A DNA stretch of 35,417 nucleotides, taken from NCBI GenBank assembly GCA_028276145.1, contig JAPYWX010000002.1, positions 1-35,417 of the forward strand, given 5' to 3'. This document shows positions 1 through 8,199 of the stretch, one piece after another. The notes under the pieces are model-generated. The model was not told the origin of the DNA. It was given only the letters and a program-made list of their open reading frames with translations, and did no database searches. Each line of letters begins with the position of its first letter. Position 1 is the first letter of the stretch. The DNA comes from Spirochaetota bacterium. Lineage in GTDB: Bacteria; Spirochaetota; Brevinematia; DTOW01. Position numbers and translations under genes: made by a program.

Positions 1-198
1 CATTCCTAACTTCAAATTCGGTTTTGTATCTCTTAGCTAGGAGCTTGAAAACAAAGTTTTTAGCTTTGCTTTTCTCATCCATCTAGGTAAAATTTTACAT
101 TTCAGTAATTGTTGCATTCAAAAACTTCTTATAGATGTTCGTTACTTTTGAGAGTATATTAGTCAATAGTTACCTTAGAGTGAGTTATTAATTTTCTT

Positions 199-221
199 AG
201 AGGAGGGGAATTCCCTCCTCT
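199..221. terminator. GC-rich hairpin just 3' of the minus-strand two-gene module, possibly a bidirectional intrinsic terminator
   Basis: AGAGGAGGG-GAATT-CCCTCCTCT forms a 9-bp stem with a 5-nt loop, 3 nt beyond the stop codon at 225-227. The + side is followed by tatttt. The - side is followed by the weaker AAGAAAAUU. Confidence 0.45.
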
Positions 222-224
222 ATT

Positions 225-1247
225 TTACTTAAGCATGCCAATTAATTCGTTTGCATCGTAATAGAGCATTCTATAGGTCATCTCATCTATTGCCTTGCCT
301 CTCTGTGCATCAAGCAAGTGCTTATACGCCTCCATTATGTTCCTAGCAGTGTGATAATTCCACCAGCCTTTCTTTATGTTGTCCCTCGCCGCCACTAACT
401 TGTCATTCAATCCATCGTAAACATCCTGTTTGCTTATCCATCCAAGCTCATACGCTTCTTTCGTTATCTTCATAAGTTTCTCAATGTATGCTAGTGGCCC
501 ATCAGATGGAAATGGCTTAACAACAGGCCCCACAACTTTGAATGCTTTAGCACCAGTAGGTATTGAAAAACCAGGAGGTGCATCCCCTGCATACCTAAAT
601 ACCCAGTGAGCTGCCTGCCTCCATCCACCCAAGTCCAAAACCCCTGGCATAGTTTTCTCACCTTTTACTATTATCTCAAAGTCAAGCCTACCCCCAGGTG
701 GCATAAAACCCTCACTCTCATCCATTGTCATCAAACCACCAGGAACCTTGATATCAACAAACCATCTACGCACTATCGTTCCATCAAGTTTGGTAGTACC
801 GTCTAAATCTAAAAACACAATTCTCTCTTTTTCAGGTCTTACTTTTGTTAGCCTACCTGTCGATGGGTCATAATCATATCTCATTACAAAAGGTCCTCCT
901 GTCCATATTATGTTATTGTTGCTACACATCCCCCTCACATAAAGAAAATCATCTGCTATGTCTCTACCTCTCTCAAACTGGGCGAGTATGCTTGCGAACT
1001 TTCTCTTGTTACTCGCATCGTAGAATAGGGTATAGTGATACTTCACTCCTGTCAAAGGTTTCTTTTCCTCATTTGGCAGATGCCAAGGTGGAATGTAGTT
1101 TGTCACAAACTCTATGCTCCACTCAACTCTTGCTGTGAAATCATCAGGTCTTTCATTATAAGGCTTAACACCATAAGAAATGCTCATAAAAAATGTAGTT
1201 AGCATAAACAAGAAAGTTAAAAATTTAATCCTCTTCATAAAATCCAT
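225..1247 (-). CDS. Secreted hypothetical protein with an uncharacterised N-terminal domain and a C-terminal helical region resembling a FIMAH-type domain
   Basis: 340-aa ORF with a signal peptide (KRIKFLTFLFMLTTFFMSISYG). The C-terminus (LNDKLVAARDNIKKG..ARNIMEAYKHLLDAQRGKAIDEMTYRMLYYDANELI) matches the helical pattern I recall for FIMAH domains. The ATG at 1238 (M4) has better SD spacing (AAGGA, 8 nt) than the one at 1247. It lies 3 nt downstream of the preceding gene, so it is probably co-transcribed. Confidence 0.75.
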   Translation of the reverse strand: MDFMKRIKFLTFLFMLTTFFMSISYGVKPYNERPDDFTARVEWSIEFVTNYIPPWHLPNEEKKPLTGVKYHYTLFYDASNKRKFASILAQFERGRDIADDFLYVRGMCSNNNIIWTGGPFVMRYDYDPSTGRLTKVRPEKERIVFLDLDGTTKLDGTIVRRWFVDIKVPGGLMTMDESEGFMPPGGRLDFEIIVKGEKTMPGVLDLGGWRQAAHWVFRYAGDAPPGFSIPTGAKAFKVVGPVVKPFPSDGPLAYIEKLMKITKEAYELGWISKQDVYDGLNDKLVAARDNIKKGWWNYHTARNIMEAYKHLLDAQRGKAIDEMTYRMLYYDANELIGMLK

Positions 1248-1250
1248 CCT

Positions 1251-2415
1251 TTAATCGCCTAAGTAATAGTAATTTGAAGCAGCTTTACAAGTCAGATGAT
1301 AGTGATCCCCTTCATATATATATGAAAAAGTATCCCCAAACTTTGCATTGTAATTAGAAATAGCTCTATCAATTTGTTCAATCTTTAGGCATTTGCTCGA
1401 GTATATACCCCCAGATCCATCATCAGAGTAGCACGATATATCTATATTCCTTCCATCCCTATGCGTCTTATGTGGCGTTGCATATATTCTATGGTGAATA
1501 TTTGCCCAATAAGTTATCGTGTAAGGATTACCATAGCCATCTACCCTGTCATATATTATCAAGTCCTCACTACTAGTATATCCTATCCAAAACATCCCTC
1601 CCCAAGGTAGCGATGCATCCGTCATCCTCACTATAAAATTACTATCACCCCCGTTATCCTTAGCATATTCTCCAACAATGTAAGGAATAAGCTTCGTAAG
1701 ATGTTCTTTCGTAGTTGGTTGAACATAATTGTTGTTTGAGTGAAATACTGTTTGCCCAACAAATTTCCAACTAGCTCCACTCTCAATACCATACCTAGGA
1801 AATTCTACAAGTTCCGGTATCTTGACATAAATCGTTGATGTCTTTGCGGTTACAAAGCTACCCTCATAATACGCTTCACCTATCACATAGTAAATCCCGC
1901 TAACATCGGAGGCGGTGTATAATACAGTTATTTCCTTCTGCCCTACTTCCAACCTTGTGCTATATGTGCCGAGCTTACCAACAGGCCTAAGTATGGTATT
2001 AGAAGGAAGACCAGATATCCATGCTTCATAATTACCACTGACAACATTATCAGCTGGATTGTTACTAATGCTATCTCCTGGTTCTATATGAAACCTTATC
2101 TCAACTTTCCCCCAATCCTCCTCATTGATATTCGTTAAATCATCTTTGGTATATGTGAACCTGATCCACGCTTGGCCGTCAGGGTAAATGGGATGTGCTG
2201 AGGTCTCGTCTTGAAATTTGTTAGGTCTTATGGTATACTAACCTACCTTGATGTTCTCATCGATGTCCAGGCTCACAATGCCAATACTGCAACCTTGTAA
2301 AGCAAGCATAGATAATGAGAAAGTTATAAAAAGTGGTAGTGTAAAAATGAGAGTTAAGATGAGGCTTCCCTTACGCCTCTCTCTCTCTTATAATCTCAAA
2401 AATTTTGTTTTTCAT
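1251..2415 (-). pseudogene. Lipoprotein with a LAS-type (MepA / VanY-like) Zn-metallopeptidase signature, disrupted by a frameshift at an (AG)6 tract and an in-frame TAG
   Basis: The ORF track reports only 1251..1952, starting at a TTG. The same frame stays open and coding-like up to 2237 with no ATG/GTG/TTG. A single in-frame TAG sits at 2240-2238. Further upstream the frame encodes RRKGSLILTLIFTLPLFITFSLSMLALQGC, a lipobox signal peptide. The ATG at 2415, preceded by the SD AGGGGGTG, is in a different frame and stops at 2373-2371. The C-terminal domain carries H-x6-D (THRDGRNID) and H-x-H (DHYH), as in penicillin-insensitive murein endopeptidase and other LAS enzymes. Confidence 0.6.
2377..2388 (-). 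repeat. (AG)6 dinucleotide simple-sequence tract between the start codon and signal peptide of the disrupted lipoprotein gene
   Basis: Minus strand reads ATA-AGAGAGAGAGAG-GCG. Adding one AG unit or removing two would put the ATG at 2415 in frame with the lipobox signal peptide. Confidence 0.9.
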
Positions 2416-2518
2416 ATACACCCCCTATCAAGACAGGGATTTATACTAACTCATCAATTCACCTTTCTGGAGGAATTATAATTACACAAACTTTTAGTTT
2501 CAATGGATTTGAAATAAA

Positions 2519-2654
2519 GATGCTTAGCATCACAACTACCCTGCCTATTTTATTAAAAATGTGCTTTAAGCGAAATGTATTCTATTAAGCACACTGTAAG
2601 GCAACTTTAAATACCTAATTAAGAAAGTGCTTTAAGCACTAGTCTTAAAGCACT
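2519..2654. repeat. Intergenic hairpin-repeat cluster A
   Basis: GATGC-TTA-GCATC at 2519-2531. AATTAAGAAAGTGCTTTAAGCACT with core at 2627-2639. Decayed GTGCT/AGCAC copies at 2561-2572 and 2641-2654. Confidence 0.8.
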
Positions 2655-2728
2655 GGTATGAGTCTAGAATTTTTGATATTGAAAATTACGATAATTGTTT
2701 TTAATAATTCTTTTTAAAGGGTGTTGGC

Positions 2729-3244
2729 ATGGCAAAGCTTGAAGGTATTCCTTTCAAAGAGATAGAGAAGTTGTCAAAGATATTCAAAGAGAACAATTTA
2801 TCAGAGCTAGTTATAGAGACGGAAGAGTTTTCTATAAAGTTCTCTTCCAAAGACCACTATGGCTTATTTACGCCAGTAGTTGGTGCTGTAACTCCTTCAA
2901 CTGTGGTACAAGCACCTACTACTGAAGTTCAAAAGCCTTCAGTTCATCCGAAACCGCAGGAAGCTAAGAAATCTCAGCAAACTGACGCTTTTGATGCTCC
3001 TAATTATCACAAAGTTGTTTCACCAATAAGAGGGACGTATTACGAGGCACCTGCTCCTGGTGCTGAGCCTTTTGTTAAAGAAGGACAGCATGTCAATGCT
3101 GGGGCTACTCTGTGTATTGTTGAAGCTATGAAGGTGATGAACGAAATAAAAGCTCCTGTTACAGGCAAAGTTGTTAAAATATTCAAAAAGAATGCAGAGG
3201 TTGTTAATCAAGGTGATGTTTTGATGGTTTTGGAGATAATTTAA
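2729..3244 (+). CDS. accB: Biotin carboxyl carrier protein (acetyl-CoA carboxylase BCCP subunit or a related biotinyl carrier)
   Basis: 171 aa with a Pro/Ala/Gln-rich linker and a C-terminal biotinyl domain. The canonical biotinylation motif is present (CIVEAMKVMNEI). No accC is adjacent. Confidence 0.85.
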   Translation: MAKLEGIPFKEIEKLSKIFKENNLSELVIETEEFSIKFSSKDHYGLFTPVVGAVTPSTVVQAPTTEVQKPSVHPKPQEAKKSQQTDAFDAPNYHKVVSPIRGTYYEAPAPGAEPFVKEGQHVNAGATLCIVEAMKVMNEIKAPVTGKVVKIFKKNAEVVNQGDVLMVLEII

Positions 3245-3248
3245 GCTT

Positions 3249-3965
3249 ATGAGAAACATCTGGTATGTTTTTAAGAAAGAGATAATAGTTTATTTTACTA
3301 CTCCTGTGGCGTATATTGTGATGCTTGCTTTTTTGGTGATTTCTGGATATTTGTTCCATTTTTATTTCTCATTCGTAAGGGTATCTGATTTGAGTAAAGT
3401 TTTCAATAATATGATAATAGCTGGAATGTTAGTTTCACCAATACTAACAATGAGGCTATTGTCAGAGGAAAAAAGATCAAACACTTATGAACTTTTGAGA
3501 ACATCTCCTATTTCTCTTTACCAAGTTGTTATAGGTAAATATCTAGCGAGCATAGCTATATTCTTAAGCGGGTTATTCCTAACAGTTGTTTATGTCATTT
3601 TGCTTGAGGTTTACGGTTCTCCTGATTATGGTGTTATAATTTCTGGATATGTAGGTTTTATACTTGCAATGAGTGCCTTCCTTTCAATTGGGCTATTTGC
3701 TTCTTCACTGTCTCAAAACCAGATGGTAGCCGCTATAATAGGATTCGCTCTCATATTCTTGCTTTGGTTCATAGATGTGCTCTCAGGAGTTGTTGCAAAT
3801 GATTTTATATCTAATGTATTGAATGAGCTTTCTTTCCTGAATCATTTCTCTTCTTTCCTATCAGGAATAATTGACTTGAGGGATGTGGCTTTCTTCGTTT
3901 TCTGGATTGTAGCAATGCTGACAATTACAACAAAAGTTTTAGAAATGAGTACTTGGAAAAACTAA
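3249..3965 (+). CDS. ABC-2 type transporter permease with six predicted TM segments
   Basis: 238 aa. The N-terminus (IWYVFKKEIIVYFTTPVAYIVMLAFLVISGY) and the overall hydrophobic layout are typical of ABC-2/GldF-like permeases. No ATPase gene is adjacent. Confidence 0.65.
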   Translation: MRNIWYVFKKEIIVYFTTPVAYIVMLAFLVISGYLFHFYFSFVRVSDLSKVFNNMIIAGMLVSPILTMRLLSEEKRSNTYELLRTSPISLYQVVIGKYLASIAIFLSGLFLTVVYVILLEVYGSPDYGVIISGYVGFILAMSAFLSIGLFASSLSQNQMVAAIIGFALIFLLWFIDVLSGVVANDFISNVLNELSFLNHFSSFLSGIIDLRDVAFFVFWIVAMLTITTKVLEMSTWKN

Positions 3966-3976
3966 AGAGTTTAACT

Positions 3977-4414
3977 TCACCACTCCCAAGATGATTTTTC
4001 TTTTTCTATAAAGGTGTTGACTTCTTTTTCAAAAAGAGCTTTAAGCTCTTCTTCGCTGGCTCTTTTGAATTTCCCTTTGAATTTCGCTCCTTCGTCCATA
4101 AGTATTTTAGTTGCTGTTAAGTCTCCTATTACCTTTGCAGTGCTAAGTAAAACTATATTCTTCATAGCGAATATGTTTCCTTTTACAGCTCCACCAATAA
4201 CTACAGCCTCGCCATATATATCACCTTTCACTTTACCAGTTGACCCTACTATTACAAGGTCCTTCGTTCTTATATTCCCTTCGTACATGCCGTCAATTCT
4301 TATTGCTCCTTCTACAACAAAAGTCCCTCTGAATATTGTTTCATTTCCTATCATCGTATTTACTTTCTTTATGTTTATTTCTCTTCCTACTTTTCTTTCT
4401 ATTTCCTTATCCAA
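3977..4414 (-). CDS. Bactofilin family cytoskeletal protein (DUF583)
   Basis: 145 aa. The beta-helical repeat core (TIFRGTFVVEGAIRIDGMYEGNIRTKDLVIVGSTGKVKGDIYGEAVVIGGAVKGNIFA...) is typical of bactofilins. Its start overlaps the tldD stop by 8 nt. Confidence 0.8.
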   Translation of the reverse strand: MDKEIERKVGREINIKKVNTMIGNETIFRGTFVVEGAIRIDGMYEGNIRTKDLVIVGSTGKVKGDIYGEAVVIGGAVKGNIFAMKNIVLLSTAKVIGDLTATKILMDEGAKFKGKFKRASEEELKALFEKEVNTFIEKEKSSWEW

Positions 4415-5774
4415 CTTTCCCTCCTATAAGTACATCTTTTACTAGAATATGAGGTCCGCCGTCACCTACAGGTAAAGGTGATTGCCCACCTTTGCCGCAT
4501 CCTCCCATTGTACTGTGGATTTTTAAGTCGTTGCCTATGGCAACGATATTATTGAGAGTTTCAAAAACATTACCTGTCAGAGTTATATCTCTGAGCAGTT
4601 TCGTTATCTTGCCGTTTTCAACTTTGTACCCGTAAGAAGCTGAGAAAGTGAACATTTCTAAATTAGTTTGTCCACCTAAAAAGTCAACAACGTATATGCC
4701 ATTCCCTAGCTTCTCAAATAATTCTTCTACTGGCGTAGTGCCATTGTCAATGAAAGTGTTTGTCATCCTTACTAAAGGTGGAAATTCATAACTCAAAGCT
4801 CTAGCATTACCTGATAGAGGTTCGTTCATGAATTTTGATGTTAATCTTGAGTGTAACCTTGCATTCAAAACACCGTTTTTGACTAGGTAAGTTCTCTGAG
4901 CAGGAATTCCTTCATCATCGTATGGTGTATAACCTACAACATCTTCAATGTTACCGTCATCAATTATGTTTAGTTCTTCTACGCCGAAGCTTCTCCCTAT
5001 TTTCATCGTTTCCATCAATCTTTGATTCCCGTATATGTGGTCAGCTTCTGAAAGATGCCCAAACGCTTCGTGTGCAAAAACACCTGTGAGTTTCGGGTCA
5101 ATTATTACATTGTACCTACCACCTACAACTTGCTCAGCCGATAATAGGTCAACAGCTCTTTTGGCTACTTCTTCAGCTTTTGAGTGTAAATTAGATACTG
5201 CCTCAAATCCTTTGTAAAGGGCTATTGATTCTGCCGCTTTCTGAACATTGTTACCACTAACCGCATAAGCTACAAAACTTATACCTACATAGGTGAATTC
5301 TAGTTCTATTTCACTTCCCTCGGAATTAACATAGTACTTCTTTTTTCTGTAGTCAAGATACCTAACTCGTGCTGATTGTATATCTTTAGCTTTAAGTATG
5401 TTCATGTATTCGTTACATATCTTTAATTTCTCATCTAAACTCAAAGAAAGAGGGTCTATCTCATACCTTGTGGTGACTTTATCCTTGATTGCTTGGTATC
5501 TCGTAATGTCAATTTTTGATTTTGTGCTTAGAAGTTTTGCGGATTTTTGAGCACTGATTATTGCGTTTTTCAGGTCATCAATCAAATTAAATGAGCTGTA
5601 AGCCATTCCTCCATTGTCTAGGACTCTGACGATGCCACCTTTTGAATCTCTGTAGGCTATTTCTTCTATACCTTCGTTTGATATAACTATGGATGTTCCG
5701 TGAATTTCCTCAAACCTTACATCACAGAAATCAGATTTCAGGTCTGAAATGCCACTCTTAAGTATCTCTATCAT
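4407..5774 (-). CDS. tldD: TldD/PmbA family metalloprotease (TldD-type)
   Basis: 455 aa. Contains the HExxxH-type motif HEAFGHLSEAD and the C-terminal GGCGKGGQ..P.....P signature of TldD. Confidence 0.85.
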   Translation of the reverse strand: MIEILKSGISDLKSDFCDVRFEEIHGTSIVISNEGIEEIAYRDSKGGIVRVLDNGGMAYSSFNLIDDLKNAIISAQKSAKLLSTKSKIDITRYQAIKDKVTTRYEIDPLSLSLDEKLKICNEYMNILKAKDIQSARVRYLDYRKKKYYVNSEGSEIELEFTYVGISFVAYAVSGNNVQKAAESIALYKGFEAVSNLHSKAEEVAKRAVDLLSAEQVVGGRYNVIIDPKLTGVFAHEAFGHLSEADHIYGNQRLMETMKIGRSFGVEELNIIDDGNIEDVVGYTPYDDEGIPAQRTYLVKNGVLNARLHSRLTSKFMNEPLSGNARALSYEFPPLVRMTNTFIDNGTTPVEELFEKLGNGIYVVDFLGGQTNLEMFTFSASYGYKVENGKITKLLRDITLTGNVFETLNNIVAIGNDLKIHSTMGGCGKGGQSPLPVGDGGPHILVKDVLIGGKVG

Positions 5775-5833
5775 TTTTACCTCTTGAGATAGTAAAAAAT
5801 TATAAAAAAGGTTTATGTATTTTTGAAAAGTTC

Positions 5834-6175
5834 AACAGGCTATGCCTGTTTCTTAATTTAAATATTGAGAATGTGCTGTAAGCACCACACCCTCCCACCC
5901 TTATTATTGAGAGAGACTTTGTCTCTCTACACTCTCTAGAGTACACGAATTAAGAAAGTGCTATTAAGCATCCACCCTATTTGATCTAAAAAGGTTACAT
6001 CTCTCTGTACTACCTAGAGTAAGAGGCTTAGCCTCTAAGAGGCTTAGCCTCTCTGCACTTTTATAAGATTTTACCAGAAAGTGCTCCAGACAATACAAAA
6101 TGTAGGTAATTTAGCCTATTCAGTACTTGAGTGTTTCCAACACAGAGTGTTTTCAACACAGAGTGTTTTAAACAC
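5834..6175. repeat. Intergenic hairpin-repeat cluster B
   Basis: AACAGGC-TAT-GCCTGTT at 5834-5850. GTGCT-GTA-AGCAC at 5873-5885, followed by the C-rich CCACACCCTCCCACCC at 5885-5900. GAGAGAGAC-TTT-GTCTCTCT at 5909-5929. AATTAAGAAAGTGCTATTAAGCA at 5948-5970. A 16-bp unit AAGAGGCTTAGCCTCT occurs twice at 6021-6052. A 16-bp unit GAGTGTTT(C/T)(C/A)AACACA occurs three times at 6129-6175. Confidence 0.85.
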
Positions 6176-6298
6176 GTAGTATGTAAAGATTACACAGCTT
6201 CTTGGGAGTAGTTATTTACTATTGAAGAAAGAGTTTTTCAAAAGCCTCACTTTCTTTTGATACGAAGAAATGTTTTGATTTAAGATTATGTCAAATTT

Positions 6299-7345
6299 AT
6301 GAAGCCGAATTTTGGAAGAATAGTTTTTATTTTTACCTTTTTGTTTTATTTTTCTTCTTTTTCGTTTAGCCAAAACGAAGTTTTGGTTTCTAAACAGTTT
6401 TATTACGAATCGTTGCCGATATTGGTTAACTTGATTGTTGAGAATGAGAAGAAGGGGGAAGAGTTAGCACTTGATATTTTTGAAACAATTACAAACTACA
6501 TGTTTAACTATTCGTACGAAGGTGGCAGTTATCTAAGTAATATAACTTACAAAGCCTATAGAGGCTTTGTTAGCTGTGACGAAGATTTATTAAAAATCCT
6601 TGGTATTACTCTGGATTATTACTATGCAACGAAGGGAGCAATAAGCCCAACAATAGGTAGCCTGATTGAACTCTGGGGTTTTGGCAAGAATCCTAATGTA
6701 CCAACTAAAGAGGAAATAGAATATGCTCTAAAGGCATCTTCTCCTAAGAATTTGGTAATTCACCAAGGGTCAATAAGGTTAAAAAGTAAAAGTACCAAGT
6801 TTTATTTGAAGCCTTTTGCTATCGGTTTGGCGCTTGAGAAAGTCAAAGAGAAGCTAGATGGGCAGAAAGTAAAAAATGCTATAGTTACGATTGATACAAG
6901 ATATTCATTAGTTTTAGGTAAAAAGTTCAATAATGATTGGGTGATAGGTGTTAAAAATCCTCTGGCTATGGGAATTAGTGAATTCGTTTACAGTTTCAGT
7001 GTTAGTGATAGATTTGTTTCTGTCTCATCGGTTGATGAGGACAGGTTTAATATTGATTTTAAGAACTACTTTTCTATAATTGACCCTAGGACGGGGTATC
7101 CACCGGATAGTAAAGTTGTATCTGTTGTTGTGGTAGGTAAGAAAGGTGTTGATAGTGTTGTTTTGTCAAGAGTTTTGCTAACGTTGGGGGATGTTGGGGG
7201 ACCTAAATTTGCCGAAAGCCGTAATGTTGCAGCTCTCTTTGTTGTGTCAGAAGGTGCAAGATTCAACTTTATAAAAACTAAAAGGTGGGTGGAGCTTGTT
7301 GACAAACATACGCAAGATAAACAAAGGAAAATAAAAACTAGGTGA
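6299..7345 (+). CDS. apbE: ApbE family FAD:protein FMN transferase, secreted
   Basis: 348 aa with a signal peptide. The ISPTIGSLIELWGF motif matches the ApbE consensus D/SPT.G.L..LWGF. Length is typical for the family. Confidence 0.7.
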   Translation: MKPNFGRIVFIFTFLFYFSSFSFSQNEVLVSKQFYYESLPILVNLIVENEKKGEELALDIFETITNYMFNYSYEGGSYLSNITYKAYRGFVSCDEDLLKILGITLDYYYATKGAISPTIGSLIELWGFGKNPNVPTKEEIEYALKASSPKNLVIHQGSIRLKSKSTKFYLKPFAIGLALEKVKEKLDGQKVKNAIVTIDTRYSLVLGKKFNNDWVIGVKNPLAMGISEFVYSFSVSDRFVSVSSVDEDRFNIDFKNYFSIIDPRTGYPPDSKVVSVVVVGKKGVDSVVLSRVLLTLGDVGGPKFAESRNVAALFVVSEGARFNFIKTKRWVELVDKHTQDKQRKIKTR

Positions 7346-7365
7346 TATGTTCCGAACCTTAATAC

Positions 7366-8157
7366 ATGAAAAAGAGGAAGTCAGGTAAAAAATCAGGTAA
7401 TAAAGGGAAAAAAGGAAATTACGGAGTTTTGATAGCTTTTCTTTCTATACTTTCTTTAGCTGGTATTGGCTACATCGCTTATGACCTATTCTTTAAAGAT
7501 TTCTTTAAGGGGGGAGGAATTAAATTCCAAAACCTAAAAGTTACTAACAGTTTTGGTAAAGAAGATTTTGAGTCTGGTGAAAGTTTTTCACCTCAGGTTT
7601 ATGAAACAAATATTATTGATAATCAAAGCGAGAATGTGGCTACAAATTATGAAGGTGTAAAAAAAGAGGTGAGGAGTGTAATTACGAACATTCGTACAAA
7701 TATGATGGAAAGCAAAGCTGAGAGCAAATTTGTAATTAAAAAATTAAGAATTTTCTTGTATAGGGAGGTGGGTGATAATATTTCATTTTACTACGAGTTG
7801 GTGGAGTTAACAAATGTTCAGGACCCTGTAATGACAATTTTTAGTAAGCTTAAGTCTGTTAAGAGCGAAGGTAATAGACTGAGTTTTGTTAACCCAAAGG
7901 TTAGGCTTATAGATTACAAGATTACGCCTGAAAAAACTTTAGTTATAAACCTTTCAAAAGATGTGAATTACAATTCCTATGGTAGTGAAGGGGTACTTTA
8001 TTCAATTTATCAGATTGCCTATACGCTTGGTAGTGCTGCAGGTTGTAAGGATGTTTTAGTCCTTATAGAAGGTGAGGAACCTGAGTACTTAGGTGGTGAA
8101 GGGATAATGTTTGATAATCCTATAAATATCTCTAGACCCCCAAAAATTAATTTCTAA
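7366..8157 (+). CDS. GerMN domain-containing membrane-anchored protein
   Basis: 263 aa with a lysine-rich N-terminus and one TM segment. The C-terminal region (LYSIYQIAYTLGSAAGCKDVLVLIEGEEPEYLGGEGIMFDNPI) resembles the GerM/GerMN fold signature. Confidence 0.5.
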   Translation: MKKRKSGKKSGNKGKKGNYGVLIAFLSILSLAGIGYIAYDLFFKDFFKGGGIKFQNLKVTNSFGKEDFESGESFSPQVYETNIIDNQSENVATNYEGVKKEVRSVITNIRTNMMESKAESKFVIKKLRIFLYREVGDNISFYYELVELTNVQDPVMTIFSKLKSVKSEGNRLSFVNPKVRLIDYKITPEKTLVINLSKDVNYNSYGSEGVLYSIYQIAYTLGSAAGCKDVLVLIEGEEPEYLGGEGIMFDNPINISRPPKINF

Positions 8158-8199
8158 AAGGTTAGGGAACTATTCCGAACATTACAGAGGGGAGGTGCT

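Noticed and set aside
1-82. Possible 5' end of a minus-strand gene running off the left edge (MDEKSKAKNFVFKLLAKRYKTEFEVRN...)
   Set aside because: Only 27 codons are visible, with no clear SD and no recognisable motif. This is too little evidence to call.
2238-2240. In-frame TAG as a recoded sense codon (pyrrolysine or readthrough)
   Set aside because: TAG is the stop codon of at least seven confidently called genes in this window: the Hsp70 paralog, pepP, mnmA, hisZ, corA, the OppB-like permease and the kinase. The same gene also carries a frameshift. A nonsense mutation or sequencing error is far more likely.
2248-2481. 77-aa plus-strand ORF from the track
   Set aside because: It lies antisense to the signal-peptide and start region of the disrupted lipoprotein gene, has no SD, and has an implausible composition.
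4014-4445. Long antisense ORFs: 4014..4445 (+), 9429..9914 (-), 10926..11498 (-), 18935..19306 (-), 23024..23365 (-), 29216..29650 (+), 32421..32717 (+), 34443..34841 (+) and the shorter ones
   Set aside because: Each lies opposite a CDS with clear family motifs. Their S/L/F/I-rich low-complexity translations are typical of the reverse strand of K/E-rich genes. None has a convincing SD.
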